NCBI GenBank assembly: GCA_964252035.1
Contig: OZ176210.1
DNA from: Podarcis erhardii
Lineage: Eukaryota
Direction: 5' to 3' (one strand)
DNA: 64,000 bases
Shown here piece after piece: positions 1-11,917 of this stretch. Below the pieces are notes generated by a model. The model did no database searches, was not told the origin of the DNA, and saw nothing but the letters and a program-made list of their open reading frames with translations. Numbering within the stretch: position 1 is the stretch's first letter; each line of letters starts with the position of its first letter. The position numbers and the translations under genes were made by a program.

Positions 1-320
1 CCTAGGACTTGCCGATCAGAATGTTGGCGGTTCGAATCCCCGCAACGGGGTGAGTTCCTGTTGCTCGGTCCTTGCTCCTGCCAACCTAGCAGTTCGAAAG
101 CACGTCAAAGTGCAAGTAGATAAATAGGTACCGCTCCGGCGGAAAGGTAAACAGCGTTTCCGTGTGCTGCTCTGGTTCACCAGAAGCGGCTTAGTCATGC
201 TGGCCACATGACCCGGAAGCTGTACGCTGGCTCTCTCAGCCAATAAAGCGAGATGAGCGCCGCAACCCCAGAGTCGGTCACGACTGGACCTAATGGTCAG
301 GGGTCCCTTTACCTTTACCT
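1..320 (+). mobile_element. Sauria SINE (5' end cut by the window edge)
   Basis: B-box-like GGTTCGAATCC, characteristic body and (ACCTTT)n tail; homologous to six other copies in the window. Confidence 0.9.
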
Positions 321-426
321 ATAGGGAAGTTATGAAGAATAAAAGAAAACAGCTTCAGCTGTGGATTCTGCTCAGACGAAGAGCCCGTCCATACCTTGGC
401 TTAATGCAGATTGTGAACCCCTAGCC

Positions 427-562
427 CAGGCTTCCTCAACCTCGGCCCTCCAGATATTTGGAGACTACAATTCCCAGCATCCATGACCACTGGTCCTGCT
501 AGCTAGGGATCATGGGAGTTGTAGGCCAAAAACATCTGGAGGGCCGAGGTCGAGGAACCCTG
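427..562. mobile_element. Palindromic hAT MITE (~136 bp)
   Basis: Long internal inverted repeat; flanks ccctagcc / ccctagtg. Confidence 0.75.
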
Positions 563-1662
563 CCCTAGTGCCACCTTAAATTCCCCCTTGTCCATGTGGT
601 GTTTCCGAAATTCCCAAGGCAGTCACATATCTCTCCTATTTGGATTTTCAGAGCATAGGGAATTATCCAGATTTAGGGAGGAGAAAGAGTGGGGCAGCAC
701 AACCAGTTCTGACACACTGAGCACTAAACCTAGGGGGCGCTGCATGGCAGCACAACTACACAATTGAGCAGAGTAAAAGGGAAGGGTGGGTGTGCCAAAT
801 TGTGGCCTCGCACAGGTTGCCGCTGAAATTTGAAGACCAAACTGTGCCCCTGGTGCAGCACAGGCCATTGGGTTAGTATCTGAATCAGCACTGGCCACAT
901 AACTGGCTGACCAAAAGAAGGGATATCGAAGCCGCTGCATCTTCCTATGTAAGTAAAAGTGACTTTTGTTTTGCTCGATATAAACTCCACCTAGCCAGAG
1001 AAAAAGATAACACCAAGCTGGAAATCAGGATTCTGCCTCCTTGACAACTCACTGCCTGAAGTCCACACTGTCCTGTTCACACCTCCAATCAATGCAGGCT
1101 AAGCACACGGGAGAAGATTGTGCCCAGTTGATCCCACATGCGAAAACCTAAGGGCAAAGTTTGACCTTCACAGGAATGCTTGGCACTGAGGAGGCGAGAA
1201 GGGAATGCTTAATAATGCAGTTGAGAAACTTGTTTTAGTTTTATTTGTTTCGCCAAAGCAACCCATGTTTAAATAGAAAACAAGCTGAAATATGCACTAA
1301 GCTGTATATATTTCCAAAGCCAGTTAGGATGGGCGACAGAACTTCGAAAGGAGAACTGAAGAGGGCTGGTGTGGATTGGGCAAAGTCCAGGGCCCCACAG
1401 ACCCCAAAATGACCACCCAGAGAGTGGCAGGTGATTAGGGGGGCAGCAGCAGCAAACAGGCCCGTGAAAGAACTGCTGGATTAGGCCAAGGGACTGAGCA
1501 ACGTGTTCTCACAGTGGCCAACCGCACAAAAGCACCCTCCCCTCGACTGCTATTGGGAAAGATACAACCATCATGGCTAGGAGCCTCTACAAAGTTGCCT
1601 AATCATCATCAGCACCTGGGTTAGGATGGGTGTACAAGGGCCCTCTGGGGCTGATGCTAGTC

Positions 1663-1798
1663 CAGGCATAGGCAAACTCGGCCCTCCAGATGTTTTGGGA
1701 CTACAACTCCCATGATCCCTAGCTCACAGGACCAGTGGTCAGGGATGATGGGAACTGTAGTCCCAAAACATCTGGAGGGCTGAGTTTGCCTGTGCCTG
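1663..1798. mobile_element. Palindromic hAT MITE (~136 bp)
   Basis: TIR caggcataggcaaactc / gagtttgcctgtgcctg; left flank tgctagtc; the right flank is lost in a gap. Confidence 0.8.
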
Positions 1799-1799
1799 T

Positions 1800-2173
1800 N
1801 NNNNNNNNNNNNNNNNNNNNNNNNNNNNNNNNNNNNNNNNNNNNNNNNNNNNNNNNNNNNNNNNNNNNNNNNNNNNNNNNNNNNNNNNNNNNNNNNNNNN
1901 NNNNNNNNNNNNNNNNNNNNNNNNNNNNNNNNNNNNNNNNNNNNNNNNNNNNNNNNNNNNNNNNNNNNNNNNNNNNNNNNNNNNNNNNNNNNNNNNNNNN
2001 NNNNNNNNNNNNNNNNNNNNNNNNNNNNNNNNNNNNNNNNNNNNNNNNNNNNNNNNNNNNNNNNNNNNNNNNNNNNNNNNNNNNNNNNNNNNNNNNNNNN
2101 NNNNNNNNNNNNNNNNNNNNNNNNNNNNNNNNNNNNNNNNNNNNNNNNNNNNNNNNNNNNNNNNNNNNNNNNN
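1800..2173. other. Assembly gap (374 N)
   Basis: Run of n. Confidence 0.99.
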
Positions 2174-2800
2174 AAGTGTGTACCTGGTTTCAAGATGCCC
2201 ATTTTTATATTTTTACTCTAAAAATATATATTAACCTTTTCTACATGAGTTCGATCCCCATGAGACAGCTGCATATTTCTGCATTGCAGGGGGTTGTCTG
2301 AGATGATCCTTAGGGTCCTTTACAACTCTACAATTCTATAGTTCTACATACAAAATTCCATTTATTCCCAAGGCAATGTGTTTATTAGCATCAGGTCAAG
2401 AGGAGCAAACTCCTGTTTTATTCCTGTAGCCTGGAGAGTGCTGTGATTTAAATTGGGAGTTTCTAAAGTGGGAGGAAACATCCCCTAGTGAGGGGTGTTA
2501 GGATTACCTGGGGGGATGTCTTGCCAAAGGCAAGGTAGTTCTTTTAAAATGAGATTCAGAAGCAATACAAAATACACAAGTGAGTGCAAAGATTAAATAT
2601 TTTATTCTAAAACAGCGGGGCAATGTATAGAATACCAAGCAAGCACTTCAATCTGCTACTTGGAAGCCCTCAAGAGGCGGCGAAGGGACTCCCCCAGGTA
2701 GCCTCAGTTTGCACGGCCCTGCGGCCGATCAGTCCATGCACAAGCTTTCAAGAAGCTCTGCCCAAACCATCTGATTTTATAGATAGCCTGTGTGGTTTCC

Positions 2801-3054
2801 AAGAAGAAGAAGAGGAGTTTGGATTTGATATCCTGCTTTATCACTACCCGAAGGAGTCTCAAAGCAGCTAACAATCTCCTTTCCCTTCCTCCCCCACAAC
2901 AAACACTCTGTGAGGTGAGTGAGGCTGAGAGACTTCAGAGAAGTGTGACTGGCCCAAGGTCACCCAGCAGCTGCATGTGGAGGAGCAGGGAAGCGAACCC
3001 GGTTCACCAGATCACGAGACTACCGCTCTTAACCACTACACCACACTGGCTCTC
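2801..3054 (-). mobile_element. Squam3-like tRNA-derived SINE with (CTT)n tail
   Basis: Minus-strand head GAGAGCCAGTGTGGTGTAGTGGTTAAGAGCGG (A box) and GGTTCGCTTCC; tail of CTT repeats. Family name is from memory. Confidence 0.75.
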
Positions 3055-3567
3055 CAAGACTGGCTACGTGCAGATCATCCATTAGCCACCCCCTCCCAAT
3101 GCCTCACTTTCTCAAAACAATGTTCAACATCAAAGAAGGTACCCAGCATTATCCTCCCCAACTGATTAAGGCAGCTGTGTGTGGGACTTCACCTCCTCCC
3201 AACGTTCTCAGGACATTAAAGACTGTTCTCACATCATCAAAGAACTTAACAAAAGCGAGGGAGTGGTAAGGAACAGAGGCAGGAAGGGTAACCATGTCAG
3301 ATCACTAACTCCTCCATACATTTTTGTCTTCCGTGTGCATTTCCCATACAGGGGAGGGCACTAAGACGCAAGCAGGTGGGGAGGTCACTGGAGGTGTGAA
3401 TGACGTTCAGACTCTGAAAAGTTGGCATCACTGGATAGTGTTCGTTTGTTGAAATCAGTAAGCTAAATAGTTTTAATTGGATTTTGGATAAAATTAATTG
3501 TTACTGTTTTGAATTTTATTGTGTTATTATATTCCTTAGTGGGTCATGCAAACTGCTGTTGTGAATA

Positions 3568-3794
3568 CACTGGTACCTCGGGTTACATACGCTTCAGGTT
3601 ACAGACTCTGCTAACCCAGAAATATTACCTTGGGTTTAAGAACTTTGCTTCAGGATGAGAACAGAAATCGTGCTCCGGCAGCGTGGCGGCAGCAGGAGGC
3701 CCCATTAGCTAAATTGGTGCTTCAGGTTAAGAACAGTTTAAGGTTAAGAACGGACCTCCGGAACGAATTAAGTACTTAACCCGAGGTACCACTA
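3568..3794. mobile_element. Tc1/mariner (Tigger-like) MITE
   Basis: TIR ca(c/g)tggtacctc, TA on the left; near-identical to 25930-26153. Confidence 0.8.
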
Positions 3795-4270
3795 TCATCA
3801 TTTTATAGGGCAGGGGGCACTGGGGGTGAGTTTATGGAGCCAAGGGGGCGGAGGCCCAAAAATGTTTAGGAACAACTGATTTCAGTGAATTTAAAATGCG
3901 GAACTGTATGGGCTCAGAGTATTTCTTTTCTTTTAACTAAGGTTGGTAAACCATTTGTTCACTGTAACAAAGCAGGAATGTAGAAGTAGTTGCAAAGCAT
4001 GGAACAGTGGCAATGAAGAGAAGAGGGGTGTTAGCTGTGTGCTTCACAATTGGCCATCTAATGGGGAGGCCTGGCCAGACCATTAATTCCAGTTTCTGAA
4101 ATTTCTTAGCCACATCACTCCTGAAGAGCCTGGTTCAGATCTTCATCGTGCAAAAGTTCAGATCTTCATCACTATACAGTTCTTCTGGAGCACAACAGAA
4201 GGGTTCTTCTTCAAAGGGAATGGGTATGGTGGGGAGGGTTAAAGACATCACACCTTTCCTGCTTCCTCCT

Positions 4271-4393
4271 TCACAGTTGAACCACTTGTCGTTGCACAGC
4301 CCGCCTTAACGCTTGCAGAGGCATCTCAACCATCACCGTCAATGCCAGCCCAACCATGAATGTCATCAGGCAGTGTCCAAGGAACAGATAGAA
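4271..4393 (-). CDS. OACYL: OACYL last exon (40 aa + TGA; FYLFLGHC...VEMPLQAL...)
   Basis: cttttcag|TTC acceptor; terminal E.P motif of the family. Summed CDS is 2046 nt (681 aa + stop). Confidence 0.92.
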   Translation of the reverse strand, partial: FYLFLGHCLMTFMVGLALTVMVEMPLQALRRAVQRQVVQL

Positions 4394-4609
4394 CTGAAAA
4401 GATAAGTGCAAACGGAAATAAGGGCAGATCTATTAAGCATAATTGTTCAACTGCACACTGAAATGGAGAATGGCTGTATGCATATTGCTGAAAGGGTTTA
4501 ACATTGGGACATGCCACTGAGGCGTACTGAAGCTCGCTGAGCTTTAACAGGTTGATAATTAATCAACTGGTGTTCTCTGCTAGCTCTCACGTGAGTGTTT
4601 AACCTTAGA

Positions 4610-4859
4610 TAGGGCTGCCATACGTCCAGAATTCCCAAGACATATCCAGGATTCGTACTTCGGAAATTGGGTCTGGGAGGAATTTCCAAAAATTGATTAA
4701 ATGTACGGGGAAACCCAGGCGTATGGCAACCCATGTCGGAAGTGTGGTTATTTTGATGACTTTCATAGAAAAATAGTTCACAAACCTTCAGTTGTGGAGG
4801 GTTTGTTTTCAAAAAAAGGTCAATAAGTTTTGCTTCCAGATTTGAAATATGGCAACTGA
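4610..4859. mobile_element. hAT (Tip100-like) MITE
   Basis: Termini tagggctgccata / tatggcaactga; flanks accttaga / gccttaga. Confidence 0.6.
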
Positions 4860-5271
4860 GCCTTAGATCATGTGATTAAGGTATTCAATTTTAAATCTCC
4901 ATTTTGAATAGGAGTTGCCTCTTAGTCTTTTGTTCCCAGGCACAGCCAGAGAAAGATGTGATAATGAAGCCTCACCAGGAGCTACATAGCCTTAGGCTGG
5001 AAGGCTAATGCAAGCTATGGGAGAGACAGAGCTTTGGTTTTTTTCTCTGATCATAATAAAGTTCTGCTGCCAAGTTATGTGCCCACCCCAAAAAAAAAAA
5101 AAAAACCCATACTAGGGTAAATGTGCATAAAAGTGTATATATTAGTGAAAATAACATACCAAAGTGTACTAGATTATGGAAAACGCTTTGAAAGAATGTG
5201 TGTGTTTGCAAAACTTCACACAAAAATGTGAAATTTGCACTAAAAGGCTGACAAATTTTCAAGAGGAGTTT

Positions 5272-5272
<1 letters not shown>

Positions 5273-5317
<45 letters not shown>
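5273..5317. repeat. (CA)n microsatellite
   Basis: Direct reading. Confidence 0.95.
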
Positions 5318-5320
<3 letters not shown>

Positions 5321-5422
5321 TCAAATTGCTGCAGAAATGCAAGGAATTGAATTGAAAATTTGGAAAATCGAGATCCTGAAGAGAACCAAAATTGACAGAT
5401 CCATCCATCCTTAATCACTCAC

Positions 5423-5565
5423 CATATTCATGTCCGAGTAGTGCATGGACGTTTCTTGAAGTCCATTATACAACAAAATCAACATTGGGTGGACCAAGTA
5501 GCAGGCGTAGCTGATTTTGGCAACCACCGACCAGAAGCCCCATGAAAGCATCCAATTGATGAAAC
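5423..5565 (-). CDS. OACYL: OACYL exon 14 (143 nt; FINWMLSW...[11 protein letters not shown]...DMNM)
   Basis: Family motif ISY..YL.HP; the acceptor AG directly abuts a SINE tail; ATG|GTGAGT donor. Confidence 0.93.
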
Positions 5566-5567
5566 CT

Positions 5568-5916
5568 AAAAGGTAAAGATAAAGGTAAAGGTACCCCTGA
5601 CCGTTAGGTCCAGTCACGGACGACTCTGGGGTTGCAGCACTCATCTCACTTTACTGGCTGAGAGAGCCAGTGTTTGTCTGTAGACAGCTTCTGGGTCATG
5701 TGGCCAGCATGACTAAGCCGCTTCTGGTGAACCAGAGCAGCGCCCGGAAACGCCGTTTACCTTCCCACCTATTTATCTACTTGCACTTTGACGTGCTTTC
5801 GAACTGCTAGGTGGGCAGGAGCCTGGACCGAGCAACGGGAGCTCACACCGTCACAGGGATTTGAACCGCCGACCTTCCGATCAGCAAGCCCTAGGCTCTG
5901 TGTTTTAGACCACAGC
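5568..5916 (-). mobile_element. Sauria SINE, slightly 5'-truncated, abutting the OACYL exon 14 acceptor
   Basis: Same family as the other copies; the tail ends at the splice AG; no clear TSD. Confidence 0.9.
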
Positions 5917-6002
5917 AAATAACAAACCTTTAAAGACCCAATTGTGGTATAGTGGTCAGAGTATCGGATCGGGACCTGGGAGACCAAGGTTCAAATCCCC
6001 AC

Positions 6003-6167
6003 CAGTGGCATTGCGTGGGGGTGCAGGGGGGGCCGGCCGCACCGGGCGCAACATCTGGGGGGGCGCGCTCGCACTCGCAGTGCTAAAATCAGTGCTAAAA
6101 TCCACGGGTTAGGGGGCGCAAATTACTTGCCTTGCCCCAGGTGCTGACAACCCACACTACGCCAGTG
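6003..6167. mobile_element. hAT MITE (CAGTGGCGTAGC-type TIR) inserted in a tRNA-SINE head
   Basis: Perfect TSD atccccac at 5995-6002 and 6168-6175. Confidence 0.82.
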
Positions 6168-6261
6168 ATCCCCACTCCTGAGGCCCGATGAGGAGGCTCT
6201 GAGAGTGACATTTGCCCCACTGCCCGGGCGTGAGGTTCCCCATTCCTGCTCTGTAGCGTAC

Positions 6262-6445
6262 CTCCATAGCCTTCCTCACACGCAAAAATTATCCACCCCA
6301 CAGCAATAGCCCACACCGTCCGGTGAGTAGCTTGGTAAATGGCTGTGGCAGGTGAGAAGTCGAGGGGGTCTTGTAACGCATAGGCCAAAGCAACTACCAT
6401 AAACATGGAAAACATTGCAGAAAGCCATCCGATGGAAGCCTGCAC
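6262..6445 (-). CDS. OACYL: OACYL exon 13 (184 nt; VQASIGW...[21 protein letters not shown])
   Basis: Family motif R..W......W..F.C..GYGG; ttccgcag|GTG acceptor, G|GTACGC donor. Confidence 0.93.
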
Positions 6446-6720
6446 CTGCGGAAACACGAGAAAGAGACGTTTGATTGCATCTTAGTTCATTAGGACAATT
6501 CCACCTGACTCTGGTCGTTTTGTCAGATCTGGGAGGGGAAGCGACTTTGCTTCTCTTTCAATGGAATGTTCAGGCCTTCTCTTCCTGTCTCTTCTGTCGT
6601 GGACAGACTTTGGTAACATCATCATCATCATCATCATCATTATTTTGTGCCCCCTCAGCTCAGTGCCCTGTGCGGGGCAATTGCATGCACTGCCCTAAAT
6701 CTAGCACTGCCTCTGTCAAC

Positions 6721-7175
6721 TGTTAGACCAGAGGCAATTTCATCCAGCAGAGCTTTACTGCTTCTGAAGGCAAATGAGCATAATGGTCACAAATCCAATA
6801 CGTTCAGGATTGGCCCTGTCTGTAAGAAATCCAGTTGCAGCAGACTTAACTTAAACTTACAATAACTCACAATAGGTCTAATCACTATGTACAGAACACC
6901 ACACCAGAAGGAAAGGAGATAGAAAGAGAAAGTGAAACCCAGGCTCCTTCTGGCCCTAACTTTTATAGTCAGCATGACCTTGACAGAAGAGATAACAGTA
7001 CCAAGTTTAAGCCGGCTGTACTCAGCTTCTCGGAAGGAATAACCCAAACATCATGAACCTTTTGCTTGTTTCTTTCACACAGAGAAGCTTCCAGAACCCT
7101 CTTGAATTAATTAGAATAGGAAAGATCTCTACACATCAGATCAATACTTTCTGCACTAAGAAATGCAAACTGACA
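6721..7175 (-). mobile_element. Solo LTR (455 bp), family A copy 1
   Basis: Minus-strand TGTCAG...CTAACA termini, TATAAAA at 6961-6967, AGTAAA at 6754-6759; roughly 80% similar by eye to 18975-19587; no TSD seen. Confidence 0.7.
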
Positions 7176-7668
7176 TGTTTAGATTACTTGGTTCAGTTAC
7201 TCAGCTTTCAGGCACTTAATAATAAAATATACATATATTTAAGGCCCGCTGTCTTTAATGCATCATAACCAGTTAGATTAATTGAACAAAATAAACCAAC
7301 CAGTGTAGAGGAGATTTGTAAAAAGTGCTTATTTTATTCCAAAAAACTGCAGATGAAAGACACTTCTCTCTCATAGGAGGGAATTCCTCTTCTAAAACGA
7401 TGCTTACTATGATATATGCATGCATTACCCAAAATCAAAATAAATTTAGCTTCTTCCTTCATAAATAATAAATAATAAGAATTACTATTATCCCAGCCTC
7501 CCTCCCTAAGACAACAAACAACAAAATTGCAAAGACAAAATTTTAACAACATCAACAACAACGTCTTGAAACAGTCACAAATCCTCACAATAGAGTAATT
7601 TCAAGGTTGTCAGGAACAGAATATTTCAGCCACCAAATACCTGGGTGAATAGGAAAACCAATGACCCT

Positions 7669-7815
7669 CAATGGCGTAGCGTGGGGGGTGCAGGGGGGGC
7701 CGGCCGCACCGGGCGCAACATCTGGGGGTTAGGGTTAGCGGGCACAAATCCACGGGTTAGGGGGCGCAAATTACTTGCCTTGCCCCGGGTGCTGACAACC
7801 CATGCTACGCCACTG
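7669..7815. mobile_element. hAT MITE, same family as 6003-6167
   Basis: TIR caatggcgtagc / gctacgccactg; TSD atgaccct / aggaccct. Confidence 0.82.
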
Positions 7816-8981
7816 AGGACCCTCCCTGGGCCTTGCATAATAACCACAGGTTACAAATCTAGGTCTGGGGAAGTGGCATGCAGGACACAAAAGCGAGAGG
7901 AGACAAACACTTCTCACCCAGCAAGGCAGCTCCACTCAAAACTGGAATATGACATGGCTGTTTTAAAGACTGTGGGTCCCTCGTGTTTTTATGGTGTTCA
8001 TTTTAACTACAAAGTCTCCCTTAGATGCTTCAACTGCATCTTGCTCTCCTCTCGAGGCTGCTGCTCCCCTTGCCAAAACCTTCCCCATTTATTGTGTACC
8101 ACGAAACGCGCCAACTTCTCTCGTTGGCTGATCAAGGCTGCTTTCACTCTCTCTCTCCCCAGGTTGCAGTGGAATCACTTCAAGGCAACACTCGCCCCAG
8201 TGGTAATATTTTGCACAGCACTTCCAGGTGGCTTGAATATTTGGAATCAAAGGGGCTCCCTCATTTGTCAGGCCAACAAGCAGTGCCCCAGGAACCCTTC
8301 ATCAACGGCTCACAGCAGTAGAATGATGTTGCTTGTGCAAAAGGGACTCGTCCCTTCTTGGTTTCATCATATATTGTAATAGCAAAATTAATTCCTTGAG
8401 CATGGATCCATCAAGGCACAAGAAGGGAAATACCAGTCGGTCTGGAGGGACTCCAAGGTTTGTGGAAGTATACCCGGTACTTTTTTAAAAAGAAATAAAA
8501 ACCTTCAATTTGTATGGCTGCCTGTGAAGGCAGGGAACCAAAGACAGGGAACAGAATACGAACCAACTCTTGGGAGAGGATAGAACATTGGGGAGAGGAG
8601 GAATGGCGTATCTTGGAAGAGAGCATGATTGGCTGCTGGAACCCTGAACAGGAGCACTCTGCACTGCAGCATTTTTGTTGCAGTTCCTGCTTGTTTTTAT
8701 TTTTTTATTCCTCACACTGGAAGGATCCCCCATTATGGGGGGTGTTAAACTCGGGGAAAGGATCAGAAAACAACAACAACAAATGCATTCTCAGGAGGGA
8801 TCCAGAGTTCCAGATATTCTGAATGGCACTGTTGGTCATATTGAAACACAACACAAACCTCACCAAGCCTGTCCCAGATTTCTTTGGAGGGCGCCACCAC
8901 AGTTAAAATGGTTTAAAATCAATACACATTTTGTTGTGCAGGTAGGTTCCCAAATGTTTGTTAAACACACCCTCCATTTAC

Positions 8982-9111
8982 CTTGTTCCTTAGGACTGGG
9001 GTTTGCTGCTGGTTCATGTACAACCCAAGAAGAATGCCAGCTAGAAATGGACCGTATCGGCAGTAAGGTTTTGAGTAATACTCTGCGAAATACATCACAG
9101 TGGCCGTTTTC
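8982..9111 (-). CDS. OACYL: OACYL exon 12 (130 nt; ...YYSKPYCRYGPFLAGILLG...)
   Basis: Family motif Y.KP..R.GP.L.G; cttgcag|G acceptor, AAG|GTAAAT donor. Confidence 0.93.
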
Positions 9112-9633
9112 CTGCAAGCATATTGGAAACGGGTTATAAAAAGATTATATGGAAGGCTTGAAGGGAGAGAAAGAGCATTAACTGATAACTATTCCTAACT
9201 AAAAACATTTGGCAGATGACTCAAATGGAACGATTCTCCTGAGGTAAAATATATGAGAACAAAGTCTGAATGTTGCTGCTGTTAACAAACGTGGCATATC
9301 CAAAGTCTTCTGCTCTGAAAGGAAGTGTGATAGCACCACCTGTTTATTTGCTTCTCAAAATTCACAGGTTTTGCCTTTTTAAAAAATCGGTTGGGAAAAA
9401 AACACATTAGGCAGATGAAGTGAGTCAGTCAGATGACATCTCCATTAAGGGCAATTTTCTTCTCAGGGTGCCCTTCCAACTTCTGTTTCCAAAGATTCAA
9501 GAACCTCCGACATACCCCATAGCATGCAGAGGGTTACTTTCTCTTGGTTAATTAGATTCCTGACTGCGCTTTGGATCTCTCCCAGCATATTATTGTGACC
9601 TATTATTGAAGGGGGAAGTTTCCAGAACCTTAC

Positions 9634-9747
9634 CTCATATCACGAGGATTTGCAACAGGAAGCCTGTAGAACGATGACAGCAGGGCTGTCACTGTAAAAG
9701 TCGTCAGGAACAGCAAAGTCCCCAGAATTATAATTCCTTGCTTGCTC
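9634..9747 (-). CDS. OACYL: OACYL exon 11 (114 nt; SKQGIIILG...ANPRDM)
   Basis: ttggcag|G acceptor, AG|GTAAGG donor; TM helix. Confidence 0.9.
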
Positions 9748-10080
9748 CTGCCAAAACAATAGAAATATAAGCAAAAATAGAAATATAAGCAACAGATGGG
9801 GCCTTTTTTTTGGGGGGGGACTTTACATTATTCATTTAAATGATAAAACAATAACAAAAATCTCTAACTTTTATATTCAAAGGGTTGTTTGAGAGGGCAT
9901 GTATTTCCCTGTTATAACTGAAGTAAAAGTAGTTTTCCAAGGGGAAGCAGAATAATTGACACTCTAATTACCCACAGGCATGCATTCAGCTTGGAAGAAA
10001 CAAAGCAACAGACCAAATGGGTGCCATTTGGTACCGTTTTCTCATGTTCTAAAAGAAATTCACAGAGAAACAGATGCTAA

Positions 10081-10410
10081 AAGATAAGGTAAAGGACCCC
10101 TGGATGGTTAAGTCCAGTCAAAGGCGACTATGGGGTTGCGGCGCTCATCTTGCTTTCAGGCTGAGGGAGCCGGCGTTTGTCCACAGACAGCTTTCCGGGT
10201 CATGTGGCCAGCACGACGAAACCGATTCTGGCGCAATAGAACACCATGACAGAAACCAGAGTGCACGGAAAGCGGTACCTATTTATCTACTTGCACTGGC
10301 ATGCTTTCGAACTGCTAGGTTGGCAGGAGATGGGACAGAGCAATGGGAGCTCGCCCCATCACAGGGATTCGAACCACCAACCTTCTGATCGGCAAGCCCA
10401 AGAGGCTCAG
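10081..10410 (-). mobile_element. Sauria SINE (second subfamily), 5'-truncated
   Basis: Shares the diagnostic ...gttaagtccagtcaaaggcgactatgggg with the 46647 copy. Confidence 0.88.
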
Positions 10411-10908
10411 ATGAGCAGGACTCTGATCCATGCCTCCCATGTGGGGTGGAGGGGTCTTAGATCCCTCTGGTGGCAGCAACAGCAGAAGGCTAGGCAGGCT
10501 TTTCTGGAAACTGCTATTCTTCCTTCCCCCACACCCTGTTTTAAATGTGCTATTTATATTTGACTTCACTTAGCAATGGTGTTTTTTTCTTTGAAATGTT
10601 TTTTGTTAACTTTGTTTGTGTTAAATACGTATTCTGTAGTTGACTTCCTTTGCAATGTTTTATTTTGAAATCTTTAAGATAATATTTTAGTTTTCTGTTA
10701 ATTATGTTGCTTTGACTGTATACTCTATAATTTGACTTTCTTCAGAAATAGTTTGATTCTGGATTGTTTTGTTGATGTTTTAATATGCTGCAAACCGCTT
10801 TGAGGGTTTTTCCTTGAAAATACAAAGCGGTATAGAAATGAAATAAATCAAATAAAAAAATTACGAGGAAACCTCATGGTGGATGTTCATTGCCGAAGAA
10901 ATACTCAC

Positions 10909-10988
10909 CTCATGGAAATATAGACGAGCAGAGGTGTTGTGAAATAAAACTGGAAATCATTTGCAAGGTACCACGTCCATCCGTTACA
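10909..10988 (-). CDS. OACYL: OACYL exon 10 (80 nt; [19 protein letters not shown])
   Basis: Family motif W.WYLA.D.QF; ttttcag|TGT acceptor, AG|GTGAGT donor. Confidence 0.94.
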
Positions 10989-11097
10989 CTGAAAACGGGG
11001 TGGGAATGGGAAGACAAATGCATGCTTTTAATATATATTATTTAAAATATATATTATGATACAATGGCCCAATAAATAGTCCATCGTACAGACTTAC

Positions 11098-11263
11098 TGA
11101 CTCTTGCCCAGTAATAAAGTTGTTGATCAGCAGTAGGTTGGCCCACCACGTTCTTCTACAGTTATCAACCTCGAGTTTCGAGAGCTCCCAAAATGTCCCC
11201 CAAGGAGCAACAGAGTAGGCACCGATTAAAAGGCACAAGGAATATATATGGAGTGGCTGAAGC
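11098..11263 (-). CDS. OACYL: OACYL exon 9 (166 nt; LQPLH...CRRTWWANLLLINNF)
   Basis: Family motif C...WW.NLL..NNF; tttgtag|G acceptor, TCA|GTAAGT donor. Confidence 0.93.
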
Positions 11264-11437
11264 CTACAAACACAAGAGCAGAAGTGGTCGGGTTGCATGC
11301 AGGCACACAGTTTTCAACACATTGTTAAATAAATTCAAACCTGATTACATTTGCAAACCAGACTCCCTTCCCTTAAACTTCATCCCTGCATTCCTTTGCA
11401 AGCTCAGCTCAATAGCAAACGGGAGTAATTAATAGTA

Positions 11438-11917
11438 CAGTGGTACCTCAGTTCTCAAACTTAATCCGTTCTGGAAGTCCATTCCAAAACCAAAGCGTTC
11501 CAAAACCAAGGTGCACTTTCCCATAGAATGCAATGCAAAATGGATGAATCAGTTCCAGACTTTTAAAAACAACCCCCAAAACAGCACTTTAGTATGATTT
11601 TTACTATCTAAAGAGACAATTGATCCAGAAAATGAAAGCAATAAACAATGTACTGCAGTCACAGAATCAATCAATCAGTAGCTGAACTGGGTTCCACACA
11701 GTCACAAAAACTCAACAAAAAAGCCGCAAAAACCGAAATGCAAAATAAATAGCAAAAACAGGCAGACCTCAGTGTAACACCCAAAACGGAAGTGTGGCAC
11801 TCAAAACGGAGCACGTTTGGCTTTTGAAAAAAGTTCCCAAACTGGAACACTTACTTCTAAGTTTGCAGTGTTTGGGTTCCAAGTTGTTTGAGTACCAAGG
11901 CGTTTGAGAACCAAGGC
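11438..11917. mobile_element. Tc1/mariner MITE (~470-bp family) running into a gap
   Basis: TA|cagtggtacctc; homologous and inverted relative to 43349-43815. Confidence 0.82.

Noticed and set aside
1657-2301. ORFs of 181-188 aa (also 11769-12254)
   Set aside because: Their length is an artefact of N-runs.
7726-7765. Interstitial telomeric array
   Set aside because: Only 2-3 TTAGGG units, inside a MITE; kept only as a minor MITE observation.
7645-8379. 244-aa plus-strand ORF
   Set aside because: It begins with a non-ATG codon, runs through a MITE, lies antisense in an OACYL intron and has no recognisable motif.
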